A stretch of 64,000 nucleotides of DNA from the human T2T-CHM13v2.0 reference genome, Homo sapiens: assembly GCF_009914755.1 (NCBI RefSeq), contig NC_060929.1; one strand, 5' to 3'. A model generated the notes under the pieces. That model did no database searches and was not told where the DNA came from. It saw only the letters and a list, made by a program, of their open reading frames with translations. This document shows, one piece after another, positions 15,093 through 28,399 of the stretch; position 1 is the stretch's first letter, and the number at the start of each line of letters is the position of its first letter. The translations under genes and the position numbers were made by a program.

Positions 15093-16097
15093 GGGATCAA
15101 TGCCAGAGATTTTCAGCAGTCTATATAGGTCATGAGTTTAACTGCTATTCAAATCATAGTAAATTGGTTTCACATTGGCTTGACTAACCATTTATATGAA
15201 TAAGTTGGACAATGCGGGATGCCTACCCAGCATCCATCCCTCCACCCCTTTTCTCTTACCAAAAGGAAGCTCTACTGGCTTCAGATACCCAATCATCCCT
15301 TCCATGTGACTCTGGGGAAGCTTAAATCATCTCCTGCTGCAACGACAGGTCCTGGTAAGTCTACATCAAACATATTACCACCACCACCCCCCACTTTGCC
15401 ATGAACTATTTTAAAAACTCAAGCTTAAACCAGGCAGCGTACAAAGTGTCTCTGGAGGCTATTGCTGGCCCACAGTTGGAGGAGATGTTTTCTGTCTCAA
15501 GAGGTGAAGAAGAAACATGTTTCCTTAGTGACTGCTGACAGCCATTTTACAAACACAAAGAAGTTCAGGCTAGGACAAAAAGTGAAACATAAAGGAGGGC
15601 AGGGTCAAGAGAAACAGAGTAACAGGGTAAAAGCCTTGATCACATCCTACCTGAGGCCCACTAGCTCGAGACTTTTTGTTGTGAAATGTTATACATTTCC
15701 TTATTGCTTAGGACAATTTATGTCAGATTTTGTGGGGTTTGCAGCCAAAGATAACTTGACACTATTTCATTTTTAACAGAAGCAGTACTTTCAACAATGC
15801 CTCCTAATTTGAATTAAGCACATTATTAGAATTTGCCATCAGTCACTCACTCAAAATTACCCTAGAGCCATAGCCCCAGAGTTGGCCGCTCAAACTGAGT
15901 TCACTGGTGGAAAAAGTTGAGACACTTCTGCCACTATTAGCTATGTCTCAAAATCTTACCATTCAACTTAGAGACATAATCAAAGAAGAGTAAAAATATA
16001 ATTTCATTAGCAGAATCTTCATTGAATAGCAAAAAATTATACATTTTTACAATAAAATAGACTTCTTCAGAAAGTAAAGTCTCATTTCTCTTCTTAC

Positions 16098-16193
16098 CTC
16101 TTTCACACTGTGGACCAGTGAACCCATAAACACAAGCACAGCGGTTGGGTCCGATGCAACGTCCACCATTCTGACATCCATTTTCACAGACAG
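16098..16193 (-). CDS. FBN2: Fibrillin-2 coding exon 5 (EGF-like domain 3)
   Basis: Acceptor tatgcag|CT, donor GAG|gtaaga. 96 nt, phase 1-1, [31 protein letters not shown]. No next exon seen in 1-16097, so intron 5 runs out of the window. Confidence 0.97.
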
Positions 16194-16554
16194 CTGCATA
16201 CAAAAATAGCAAGAAGCTCATTATATAGCCAGTCTCCAAGCACAATATAGTAGTGCAGTGATGCTGCCAATAAAGGATCTTATGTTATAGTACATTATGT
16301 TAATTAAACTGCAACTTGTATAAATTACACAGGTTAAAGTTCACATCTTAAATTTAAGTAAATATATTTAAGTATATTCAGACAAAAACTTACATACTTC
16401 ATGTAAATCACACTGTTAAGCAAGTGTTTGGTAAAAGGTTTTTTGTCTTTTTTTTAATCAGAATCATATTCGCTGGCTCTCATGCTCATTTAGAATGTAA
16501 CTACTCAACCCTCAATTTCTGTACTACTAACCCTATAATCTATATTTTCACTGG

Positions 16555-16760
16555 TAAGGAATGAATAAAATATGGGAAATGAAGGAAAAAAGAGGCCGAT
16601 CCCGGTAGCACAGGGAAGGAGTAGGAGGAGAAAAATGTAATAAGAAAAAATGAAAATGATATGGCAATAAAGGGAAAAAGGAAAAATCAGAGAAGAAAAG
16701 GAAGCCAAGGGGGGAAAAGGTAAAGCTGGAAGGGCAAAACAAAGAAAAGGGGGGAAAATA
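16555..16760 (+). repeat. A/G-rich low-complexity tract (U/C-rich in the FBN2 pre-mRNA)
   Basis: Directly visible purine bias. Confidence 0.7.
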
Positions 16761-16921
16761 CCATCAACGTTAGCTATAAAATGCCAAAAGAAGTAACCAA
16801 TGTGTAGAGACTATTTGCAGGTCATAGAAGAAAAAAAGGGAAAAAAAGCTGTGTAAGCATAATATGTTTTTTCATATAAAATTAACTCACAATCCAAATG
16901 TTTCCAAAGTCATGCTGACAA

Positions 16922-17127
16922 ACACACAGCACACACTCTCTTTTGCTCCTTTAGCCTTGTGACCTGGGAGACCAGGAGTTAGGGTTCCATGAGCCCAAGA
17001 GGGAGCCAGTAAACTTGAACCACTCCCCTCTCCCCACTGAACTGCCGTGCACTGCAACTCGGTTCAGCCTAAAAGATCACACTCTCTAGAATCCTTGGAA
17101 CCTAAGTATTCCCATGATCCATAATGA
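16922..17127 (+). repeat. Direct repeat copy B (~206 bp), intron 4 side of exon 5
   Basis: Shares exact blocks with copy A: cttgtgacctgggagaccaggagt, ccactcccctctccccactg, cctaaaagatcacactctctagaatccttg, tattcccatgatccataatga. Confidence 0.93.
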
Positions 17128-17875
17128 AGACAGCTGAATTCAAGAATCATATCTTCTCCAGGAGAAAATACTGATACTGAAAGTGTGTCTCCCTATCTAC
17201 CCACCCTGTTGAAACATTTGTCCTCACAAATGAATTAGAGGATTATATTCTATGACCTGTGTCCACAAATGGAGTTGAAGGACACTAATTACTCAAATTA
17301 AAGGGAAGTGGGGGGCCAAACACTTCAAGTGAGGTACATATCATAAAATGGGAAACTCAATAAGTATACTGATATCTAGTAGCACAGTAATGCTGCTATT
17401 TCCTTATCAGGTATGTTGAACCGGATAGATTGCCTATCATCTCCAGAATGCACAGAGTGATTTCTGTTCTGCTGATGATGGTCAGAAGACTAAAACGCAC
17501 TTGGAAATAAAAGATGATCTTGACCTTAAAGCGTCACTGTGCCAATGGCCTCAGAGGCATTTGTTGATAAGTTACACTTCAATTAAAGGCATGATTCTGT
17601 GTGTCTCTGCACAAGTACAGATCCCTAGGAACCATACCCTTCTGCTTCTTTACCTATCTCCAGCTGAGTCCTACATAGCACTTCCCACTCATCATTGCCT
17701 TGAAATATGGGCAGACTTGAAATATAAGTAAATACGAAGCAGAAAGGAAAAGGAAAAAAGGCCACGGGGAACATGAAAAAAATAAAGATGGATGGGAAGG
17801 TGGGAAAAAACAAAACCTATGAGAGCATTCTGTGCAGTAATTCCATAGAAACAACTGCCAGGATTTGAAGATTCC

Positions 17876-18369
17876 TACATGTATGCGTATGTTCATTGCA
17901 GCACTATTCACAATAGCAAAGACATGGAATCAACCCAAATGCCCATCAATGATAGACTGGATAAAGAAAATGTGGCACATACACACCATGGAATACTATC
18001 CAGCCATAAAAAGGAACAACATAATGTCCTTTGCAGCGACATGGATGAAGGTGGAAGCCATTATCCTCAGCAAACTAACAAAGGAACAGAAAGCGAAACA
18101 CCACATGTTCTCACTTATAAGTGGGAACTGAACGATGAGAACACATGGACACTGGGAGAGGAACAACACACACTGGGGCCTGTCTGGGGAGGGCAGGGGG
18201 AGGGAGAGCTTCAGGATAAATAGCTAATGCATGCGGGGCTTAATACCTAGGTGATAGGTTGATAGGTGCAACAAACCACCATGGCACACATTTACCTATG
18301 TAACAAACCTGCATGTCCTGTGCATGTATCCCAGAAATTAAAATACAATTAAATTTTTAAAAAAGAAAG
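17876..18369 (+). mobile_element. 5'-truncated L1PA (about PA10-13) 3' end
   Basis: ORF2 C-terminus ([29 protein letters not shown]), G-rich 3' UTR and A-rich tail. Confidence 0.92.
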
Positions 18370-20239
18370 ATTTAAAAAATCAATTGTTAAAAAGATGCAC
18401 TGCAAAATACTAAGTCCAAAGTAATGTGATCAATTAAAATGTGTGGAATTTTCTTTAAATGCTATTGAGCTGTAGGAAATTTAAATTACAGTCACTTTCC
18501 CATGTGTTCTCTTATCACAATGCCAGCCTTTGGGGAAAAGCTGTCCACACTGACTGTAACACTCAGAACACAACCTCCGGTAAATGGAGGAAGGGCTTCT
18601 CCCACGGTTTTCCAAAACAGAGTTTCCAATTCGCAGGTAGAACAAGGCTGGATGAACCTTGAGTTTCTCCTAGAAAGAGCTGGCCCATTACAAATTAAAC
18701 CTAATCTAATCTGTCTAGGTTAGACTATCAATGCCTCCCTTCTCACTAAAGATTTTTGGAGGTTTGCAAATTATAGTTATTGTTTATAAAAAATATTTAT
18801 CTTAGCTTATAATATGGGTTTCTTGTTATTTTTAATGAATCAATAAATATTTTAAATTTCTCAATTTTAATTTCTAATACTATAAATATTGAAGGAACTC
18901 ATATAAACAAAAGACATTTGAGGACCTCAATAATTTTTTAAAATGTAAAGGGATCCTATGAACAAAAAGATCAAGGGCCACTGATACAACCATTTGCTTG
19001 TATTTCTGTCTCTCATGTGAGAGTGGGTTCCCCCAGGACAAGGGCCAGATCTGTTTGCCTTTGAATCCCTGTCACCTACTGTGGTATCTGACAGACTGCA
19101 AGAACTCAACAAACTCCCGCACATCAAAATTTCACGGCATTTTTTCAAGTACTTCGCAAGGCAGAATGGTGCAGTGAACAAATAATGAGCTCTGCTGTCC
19201 CCAGCACCCACTCACCACACCACCTCTCTGATTCTTAGCTTCCTGGCCTGCAAAAAGAGACTTAACAGTTCCTCCCCTACAGACGTTTGAGGACTAAATA
19301 AAATAGCATATAAGACAAAGTGCACAGTGGCTGCACGCTGAAGGTATTCTACATTCTTAATTTCCTTCCTCTTTTAACTATAGAACATTTGTACGAAAAT
19401 GTTCTGTAAGACAAGACGTCTGCAGCAGCCGAAGTTTACATTAAAGAGCAATAGCAAAAGAAGAGAAGCAGGAAATACAGATAAAAGTAGAAGCAAAAAC
19501 CAAAAATGGTGAATTTCCTTTTCTCAAATGAATTATGATGAAAGGTATTTTACAAAAGAACATATTTTTTTGTAACAAAAAAGAATGGAAACAGCAACTT
19601 ATATTTCAACTGGAGTCAGAAAAAAATTGGAAAATGCCTAAATTTCCACCACAGAAGGAACGCTGACCACTCAGGAAGAAAACTGTGCTTACACCTAGCA
19701 TGACAGTGGCATGAAAGGCAAGAGAGCAAAAGATGTACTACAGATAGAAGTATGAGCTGGTTTCTTAGCTGCCCACCAAAATCCTAGAAGGAGAAAACAC
19801 ACTGTTTTTCCTGTGTGGGTTGGTTGCATACTGTAAAAGCTCAGATATTTAGAGGACATTTTTATTCAACAGATATTTACTGAGCACTTACTTTGTGCCA
19901 GGTAACAGGTCAGGTATATATTTTTATTAGACAGACTCCCTTACAACTCAGCAGAGGCGCAGACACTTGGGCATAAGTCAAGTCTGAAATCATGATTGTA
20001 ATTTCTACACAAATGTGTTAGAAAAATAGCATTCTAAACCAAGTTAAAATGTTAACAAGAGGAAAGAAACAAAAGCCTACTGTCTGACATAGGAAGGTAT
20101 AAATCTTTGCTATTGGTGCTGCCTTCTTCCTTCGTTTTCTAGGATACCACACTCTCTCAGTTTTCATTCCATCCTCATGTCCATTCTTTCTCACTCTTCT
20201 TTGCAGGCTTCTTTTCCTCTTCCCCATCTCACAATGTTG

Positions 20240-21322
20240 GGCTGAATTGGGTCTCTGTTTTCAACTCTCTTCTTTAGCTACAACAACTTCCTAATGATCT
20301 TTATCTAAGCCTATGATTAAAATATTATCTATATAATAATTCGGTCTATACGGTCCCAAATTTATATCTCTATGTCCAACCTCTCTCCTAAGATCAGAGT
20401 TCATAGATCTTTGCACTTATAAGTCTGACAGATTTCTCAATCTAATGAATCCAAAACAAAACTCTTATCCTCAGCCCCACCACTCCTTACCCAACCCACT
20501 CCCTATACAGTATTTCCCGTATCTGGAAATGACATCGCTATTAATCCAGCAGCTCCACCAAAACCCTCTCCTTGTCACTTTTGATTTTTACTTTTTCTAT
20601 TTTTTTTTATCCACCACGCCTGGTCCATCAGAGTATACCTCCAAAATACAAGCTCAATACAACCACTTACCACATCTTCAGCGACTACAGCTGCAGCATT
20701 TTTCACTAGCACCACTGTGGTAGCCTCCTACATGGCCCTTTCCTTTTCTCTGTTATAATCCAGGCTCAACACAGCAGACAGGTGATTTTTTTTTAATGTT
20801 AACCAGGTCACAGAACACCACTGCTCAAAATGCTCCAGTGACTTCTCATAATATTTAGGCTGTAGTCCAAATTTTGTTCCTTGGCCTACTACAAGGCCCT
20901 ATACCTCCCTCTCCAAACTCAATTCTTACCATTTTCCCTTTCCCCACTTTACTCCAGGGACATGGATCTTACGGTTTCCAAAATACATGGAGTCTGTTCC
21001 CACTACAGGTCCTTTAAATTTGCTTTTCACTTGTCCAGAACAATTTTTCCATAGATTTAAAGGCACAGACTCGGATCTGTGTTTCAATGTCACCTTCTCA
21101 GAGACCCCTGATGTAAAATAGCAGACAACTGCTAATCCTGACCCAGACTCTCTCCCTCTTACCCTGCTTTATTCTTCTCCTAAAACTTCTCGCTACCTAA
21201 ATGTGTATTAGGTATTTACCTTTTTAGTATTAACTGTCATTTCTACCAGAATATGTGGCCAGGGTATTATCTTACCTATTCACAGTAGTTACTCAATCAA
21301 CATTGCTGAATGAAATGGATGA
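20240..21322 (+). mobile_element. L2 LINE 3' portion
   Basis: L2-like blocks (cccaaatttatatctc...ctctctcct; tccaaaacaaaactc) and the terminal ctcaatcaacattgctgaatgaa. Confidence 0.7.
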
Positions 21323-22529
21323 AATAGAAGAATGCTTTCTAAGAAGTGCTGTCTGTTTCCAGGAAAGCAGCTAAGCAGTCTAAATGTTTTATAATGTTCA
21401 TTTTAGCAAGCATCCTATTTCCAAGACTTTTCTGGATTCATAAATTGAAAAATGTTCCATCTGCTTCTTTGCTCTCAGTATTGTAACACTCTTTCTATAT
21501 AAGACGACTTGGAAAACATCTTCCTTACACCATTCCTTGAGCTGGTAATCTATTAGTTATCATACCTTTACCTTCTTACTTGCTGACAAATAAATTGTGT
21601 TTGCTACACATTTTGCTTCCCCTATATGTTCTATTATCCCTGAGGTAAACATTAAGAAAGATGTCATCCCATGAGAAACCTAGAGAACAAATGTTCAGTA
21701 TATGCTGATTTTCTGACCCAGTGATGTTGCCTTTCCTCTGACTGGAAAATGTGGTAACATCAATATGGTTTGACACAGGGGCGGAAGAACATCAAAGCAT
21801 TTTAGAAGCGGAAAGTCCTTTCCATCCCCTGCCTTCTCATTCCTGTGTGAAGAACAAGAGACACACCCACTAGAGTGTGTTCTGTACAACCCTCATACAT
21901 ACATACACACATATGCCCAAGGCATGAAGAGCAGCTTAATTCAGACTGAAGACAGCTAATTTCAGGACAGATTTGAGCAAATACTCTGAAAGATCAGTTG
22001 AGGCAAGGCAAGGCGCTTTCTTCAGTGATTCTAATTTTCATTTTTCCCTCTACAGAGCAAAAGGATGTGTTTCAACAAGGATAGATGTGTCTCTTCATTG
22101 GTTATGAAACTTTGCAAAACAGAGTTGGCAATCAGATATCCTAACACTTTTCTAAGGCCTAAAAATATATATCAATCTATCTTTTTATGAATACTGTGTT
22201 TGTGATAGACTTCTGTCTTTCTTTTCTGGTTATAAACAGAAGTCTGTTGTAGAAAATGTGGGAAATACCTGAATGTACAAAGAAAATATAGAAAAAGTAT
22301 CATCCATGGAATGAGAAACTCTGCTGCATTTATCTGTTCCACTGTTATCCAGTTCTTTCTTAGCCTCCCCTGGCCAACCCTAGCCTAGAGAATTTAACAC
22401 ATTGGCCCCTCCTATTCTTGCTAGAAAACTGGCCTCAACGTATTGTATTCTCTTAAAAACCTTCACCCTCCATTTCTCAAACTTCAGTCAGTCTCCTCTT
22501 GTCATACCTGAGAACCACCCACACCCACA

Positions 22530-22857
22530 CAAGGAATCTGCAAACTATGGCCCAAAGGCCAGATCTAGGCCACTGCTTATTTTTGTACTTCCCATGAGCT
22601 AAGAGGAATTTTGACACTTTTAAGTAGTTGAAAAATCAAAGAAATAATACTCAGTCACAAGTGAAAATTGTGTGAAATTCAAATTCCAGTGTCTATAAAG
22701 TATACAATTTTGCTGAAACACATCCTAGCTCTTTCATTTACATATTATCTATGGTCACTTCTGCACTACAATGGCAGAGTTGAGTATTTGCAATGGAGAA
22801 AGCAAGGTCTAAAATACATACTCTCTGGCCTTTACAAAAAAAGTTGACCTACCCCTG
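22530..22857 (+). mobile_element. MER58B-like hAT MITE
   Basis: CAAGGAATCTGCAAACTATGGCCC start and ...CTGGCCTTTACAAAAAAAGTTGACCTACCCCTG end. Confidence 0.85.
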
Positions 22858-23018
22858 ACCTTAACAGAATATCTTTCTTTAAATGGATACTCCTATTTTA
22901 CATAAAATTATTCTAAAGAAAACTTTATAGCACTTATAAATAGAAAGTTATAATTACCATAATCACCTTAACTACAAGACAAACTTGGAAATTACTGTAA
23001 CAACCACAATAAGTACAA

Positions 23019-23740
23019 CTTCACATTCATTAGCATGATTATTATTATTTAAGAAAAAAAAACAGAAAATAACAAGGTTTGGCAAGTATATAGAGTGGAG
23101 CCCTTGTGCACTGCTAGTAGGAATGGAAGACAGTGCAGCTTCTGTGGAAAACAGTATGGCAGCATTTCAAAAAATTAATAATACAATTATCATGTAATCC
23201 AACAATTCCACTTCTGGGTATACACCCAAAAGAACTTAAAGCAAGGGCCCAAACAGCTATTTCAGCATTATGCACAAGAGCCAAAAGGTGAAAGCAACTC
23301 AAATGTCCATCAACAGATGACTGGATAAACAAAATGTGGTATATTCATATAATGAAATATTATTTTGCCTTTAAAATGAAGAAAATTCTGACACATGCTA
23401 AAACACGGATGAACCTTGAGGGCACTATGCTAAGTATAACAAACCAGTCACCCAAGGACAAATACTTCATGCTTACACTTCCATGAAATACCTAAAGTAG
23501 TCAAATTCATAGAGACAGAAGTAAATGATGGTTGCCCGGGGCAGGGGAGAGGGAAATGGGGGTTACTGTTCAATGGGTACAGAGTTTCAGTTTTCCAAGA
23601 TGAAAAGAATTCTGGAGATGGATGGTGGTGATGGTTACACAACAGTGTGAATGGACTTAATGCCACTGAACTATACACTTAAAAGTGGCTAAAATGGTAA
23701 ATTTTGTTATGTATATTTTACCACAATTTAAAAAAATTTT
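23019..23740 (+). mobile_element. L1MB 3' end
   Basis: ORF2 3' end motifs (caattccacttctgggtatacacccaaaaga) plus the L1MB 3' UTR (gggtacagagtttcagtt...gatggtggtgatggttacacaac). Confidence 0.85.
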
Positions 23741-24691
23741 TCATTGCAAGAAAAATAAAATAATGTTAACTGAAAACAAGCTAGATATTCTTTTACACCT
23801 AAGACTTGGTTTTTCTATGTTTAAAAAAGAGACCAGCAATCCTTAAGGAAGCCTTGAAGATTAGCAGGAACGTATAGTCTACATCAGGTAAAAATGCAAA
23901 TAAAGTAAAAAGGGACTTATATTTGTGATTCAATTTCAGAAATAACACTTCTTTAATGTCATATAAGGTGACATTACTTCAAAATATGTGAATTCCCAAA
24001 AATGTCCCACAATTTAGAGAAGATTACCCAAATGTTCCACAGTGATGTGTCACAATCCAGAAACTACAATCCTTACACTCTTGCTAAAAGGTTATTTCTT
24101 GATTCATACAGGGTATTCTCCAGTGAAGGTACCAGTTTTGCTGGGTTACAGCTCCCTGTTTCACAATAACATCTGCTTTTTAAAAATCATTTCATCACCC
24201 TGTATCTTAGTATTAAATATATTTGAGCAAAGGATAATTTATCAGATTGGCTCTCCTGGGGTTAATTTTGAGAAGTTCTAAAAAATCATAGATACAAAGA
24301 GGGAACTGGAGAGGGAAGGAAGAAGTAAAAAAGAAAGAAAGATCACAGAAAACTTGCTCTTTTTTTTTCAGGAAAGTATACATGTTTTATGGAGCCAGAT
24401 AAAGGAAAAATAAATCACAGAAAATCTGTGAGATGTGTCACATTTGCTAAAGCACTAGTTACCAGTTGTTGACTAGTTACTATTCAAGAACATCACTGCT
24501 CTAAAGCACAAAATTCTAAAAGAATTAGAAAAATTCTTACAGGATAAAAATTAGAAATTCAGTTTTAAGGTATGGTTTACTACATAAAATTGTTTTTTCA
24601 AAAGATCACAGGATTTATGAGACCTTAAATTATAACTTAATATGAAATATCCACCAAATCAAATGATTTCTAATAAATCAATGTCCCTTAC

Positions 24692-24787
24692 GTTGTCCAC
24701 AATAAGTTCCAATATATCCTTTCTGGCACTGGCAGTGGTCATCTGCACAGGTCCCACCATTCATGCATCTCACACTGCACTGCTGAA
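24692..24787 (-). CDS. FBN2: Fibrillin-2 coding exon 4 (EGF-like domain 2)
   Basis: Not in the ORF track; found by reading the minus strand. Acceptor tttgcag|TT, donor AAC|gtaagg. 96 nt, phase 1-1, [31 protein letters not shown]. Confidence 0.96.
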
Positions 24788-25149
24788 CTGCAAAGAGCAA
24801 TAACAAAAAGTATAAAAACATCAGTCATCAAAATTATAGTATATGTGAGAGGTTATAAAACTATAAACTCAATTATCCAATTCAATGACAATTATATCTT
24901 ACAGAAGGAAATACTATGACCCAAACATATTTTTATTCATCATTTCTTTATAAGTGCACACATGGGCATATCTGTGATAACATGTTTTTCAGGATGCATT
25001 GAAAACACTTCCAATGTTAAAAAAAAATAAACAGAAGGTGACTAGCAGCATAGTTTCTGGAAAGCAGGAGGCACTTTTGTCTCCATTCAGAATGCAGGAG
25101 GTGAGTGCCCACCATTCCAGCTCAGTGCAGTACTGTCATAATGGACTTG

Positions 25150-26700
25150 AAAGCTATCCTCACAGAGCTTGAATTCCGATGGGGAGCTACGGAAAACACA
25201 GGTAAACAAATACCACTAAGTAATTATAGACTGTGATAAACTGTTTGAAGTAAACTGTTGTGAAGGAGACTAGTCTGGAGCCAAGAAGGAGCTTAGATAC
25301 TGGCACTAGACAAGACCACTCTGAGGTGACATTTACACTGAATAAGCCAGATATTAAAAGTACCACGGAGAAACTTCAGAGAGAGAAGAACCAGCAAATC
25401 AAAAGACCTTAGGATGGTAAAAGGTTTCTTCTGAAGAACGGAGAGATTCCTGTGGTTAAAAAGAGGCAGACAGGGAAGAGACCTTGGAGACCCAGGCAGA
25501 GACCAGCCAGCTAACACAGGGCCTCCTCGGCCACCGAAGGGTTTTCATTATATCCCAAATGCAACAGGGAGTCACTGAAAGGATTTAAATGAGAAAGTGA
25601 AGTGATGTAATCTATATTTTAAAAAGATTACTCTAGCTGCTCTGCAGAGAACGGATTTGAAGAGGGCGAGAGTCTGGGAGAAGGATGAGGATAGCTTACA
25701 CCACATGGTAGCAGTGGAGATGGAAAGGAAAAGATAAATCTGAGATAATTATTTTCCAGTAAAGCCTACAGGACTTGTTTAAAGAGCCGACATAGAGAAA
25801 GAGAAGCAGCAGTTACTTAAGCACTGGGTGGATGGCAGAGCCATTTGCCAAGGCAGGAGGAACTGTGTGGTTCAAGTAGCCTGTGGTCAGCAATAAATTC
25901 AGTTTCCTTTTAGACATGCTACTAAGTTTCAATTGCTTGCTATTTCTTGAGTGGAGATGTCAAATGGGAAAGGGAATATATGAGTGTGGAGGTCAGTGGT
26001 GGGATCTCCAGTGTAGATAAATATTATGAGTTATCAACAGATTGGTAGTCATTGAAAACATGAGTTCACCCAGGGAGGGCAGAACTCAGGAATACCAAAC
26101 CTTGAATGAAAGACTGATGAAGACATAGAAAAGAGACTAAAAAGGAATGATCAAGAAAAGAAGCACTGAAGGCCACTGGCATTTTAAAAGTCAAGGGTGT
26201 TTCAAAGAAAACGAAAAACAACATTTCAAGAAGATAATGATTAATAGTGCCAAAAGCTTTAGCAAGGTCAAACAGGATGATGATTGGGAGGGTTAGAAAA
26301 GTTCCTGATGAAATGGAAGGATTGCCCAAGGCCAAATGAATGCACAGATTCCCTGCTAAATTATATACCACAAGCAAAGAGTGGACCAGAGAATGTCCCA
26401 GCTCCCAGGTAGAGGAATTAAGAAACTGAATCTTAAAATTCCTCCAGCATTGTGTTTTTTGCCAAAGGCAAATATGAGAAAACTAGGAACAGGATAATGA
26501 ACATACTGGCAACAGTATCTTGTAGGTAATCAGGCAAGAAAGAGAGGTTCAGGTTAAGTTGGGGATGAAATGTTCTGGTTAAAGTGGTCAAGAAATCTTG
26601 ATGAATTTGAATGGTAGGTTTTAAAAGCTGAGGAAATGGCAGATTCAAAGGAAGTGAAATTAAGAGAGTTTTCATCAGGAGTTTCATCAGAAGACAATGG
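25150..26700 (-). mobile_element. L2 LINE including RT remnant
   Basis: ORF 26066-26377 contains LFDLAKAFGTINHYLLEML, matching the non-LTR RT motif (D-L-x-x-A-F-D). Flanks resemble antisense L2. Confidence 0.72.
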
Positions 26701-27154
26701 CATTTGATGTATGAATCCTGAATCTTATTCCTGAGTCAGACATACTATATTACCTTCTTTTAGGGAAAATTTGAAGAAAGATGTATTAAAAATATAATGA
26801 CTTCACACTAGTTTGAGGCAAGACTTAAGAAAGCATTTATTTAATTATTGAGCAATTAAATAAACAATCTTGCTTCTGCCTTGTTATAATGTTATCTTAA
26901 ATACTAGCCTCAAAGATTAATCTTCGACCTTAAGGACCCAACAATTTCTAATTGGGTCATGAATCACACAATCATAGTCCACAGTTATAATTATCTTATG
27001 AAGTTGTTGGCAGTTAATACATGTGAAGCAAAATAGGTCCATTATGTGTAAAGTATGTGGTCAGTACTCAATAAACACATGCTGCCTTTGGAGTTCTCCT
27101 CTCCTTCCCCCTTAGATAACCCACAAAACACATGTTAAGCAAAGGCAACAAATA

Positions 27155-27350
27155 CAGTCTAGTGTTTGAGACTATACACTTAGGCATCAGAATACCTGGA
27201 TTCAAGTCTGTGTTTCCTTGGGCCAGTTAATTAAATTATGTGTGCTTTACTTTGCTATTCTGTAAAATGGGGTATTAACAGTATCTCATAATGTTGATGT
27301 AAGGATTAACTAAAGTAATAACAGTTAAAACTCCCTGGCACATAGAAGGA
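27155..27350 (+). mobile_element. MIR
   Basis: cctggattcaagtc...tctgtaaaatggggtattaacagta...cctggcacatag core. Confidence 0.75.
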
Positions 27351-27414
27351 CCTTTAGCATTTGCTCCAAAGCTTAAGAAAAATGCAGTGAAAAGGCCACA
27401 AGTAAGAAACATAC

Positions 27415-27513
27415 TTGATTTTGATCCACAGGTTGATGATATTTGCCCACTGGAACAAGTACACATGTTAGGACGGGAACAAAATCCATCTCCACAACTA
27501 TTTCTACAAATCG
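27415..27513 (-). CDS. FBN2: Fibrillin-2 coding exon 3 (EGF-like domain 1)
   Basis: Acceptor ctacag|CG, donor CAA|gtatgt. 99 nt, phase 1-1, [32 protein letters not shown]. Confidence 0.97.
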
Positions 27514-27749
27514 CTGTAGAAAGCACAATAGGAAAATGAATGAATAACTATATAATAAACCATAGTTTACAAAACAAGAAAGCTGTATTTAAAAATAAAA
27601 AGCCTGAAAAACTAAGATAAAATATATGATATAAATGTCTAACTTCAGATATGCAATAAAATTACCCATTGCAGACTTGGGAATAAGTCTCACAGGTATC
27701 CTTATGAAAACGTGTAAACAAATGAAGCTGTTTCAAATTGCATAATCCT

Positions 27750-28399
27750 TTAAGGAATCTCCACACTGTTTTCCATAGTGGCTGTAAAAGTAGAACTACC
27801 ATTTGATCCAGCAATACCACTACTGGGTATCTACCCAGAGGAAAGGAAGTCATTATTCGAAAAAGATACTTGTACATGCATGTTAATAGCAGCACAATTC
27901 ACAACTGAAAAATCGTGGAACCAACCCAAATGCCCTTCAATCAACAAGTGGATAAAGAAACTGTTATATATATATGGTGATATATATATATAACTGTGAT
28001 ACATATAATATATATATCACCATATATATAATGGAATACTATGCGGCCATAAAAATGAAAGAATTAACAGCATTTGTAGTGACCTGGATGTGACTGGAGA
28101 CTTATTATTCTAAGTGATGTAATTCAGGAATGGAAAAGCAAACACTGTATGTTCTCACTGATATGTGGGAGCTAAGCTATGAGGACACAAAGGCATAAGA
28201 ATGATATAATGGACTTTGGGGACTTGGAGGAAAGAGTGGGAGGAGGTGAGGGATAAAGGACTACAAATATGGTGCAGTGGACACTGCTCAGGTGATGGAT
28301 GCACCAAAATCTCACAAATCACCACTAAAGGACATATTCGTGCAACTAAATACTACCTGTACCCCAATAACTTATGGAAAAATAGAAACAAAAATAAAG
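27750..28399 (+). mobile_element. 5'-inverted, truncated L1PB (L1PB1-like)
   Basis: 27750-27786 is antisense L1. From 27787 it is sense ORF2 end ([15 protein letters not shown]) plus an L1PB-type 3' UTR (caccaaaatctcacaaatcaccactaaag). Confidence 0.88.

Noticed and set aside
15937-16245. ORF-track extensions of exons 2, 3 and 5 beyond their splice sites
   Set aside because: Intronic read-through; canonical splice sites define shorter exons that keep the fibrillin frame.
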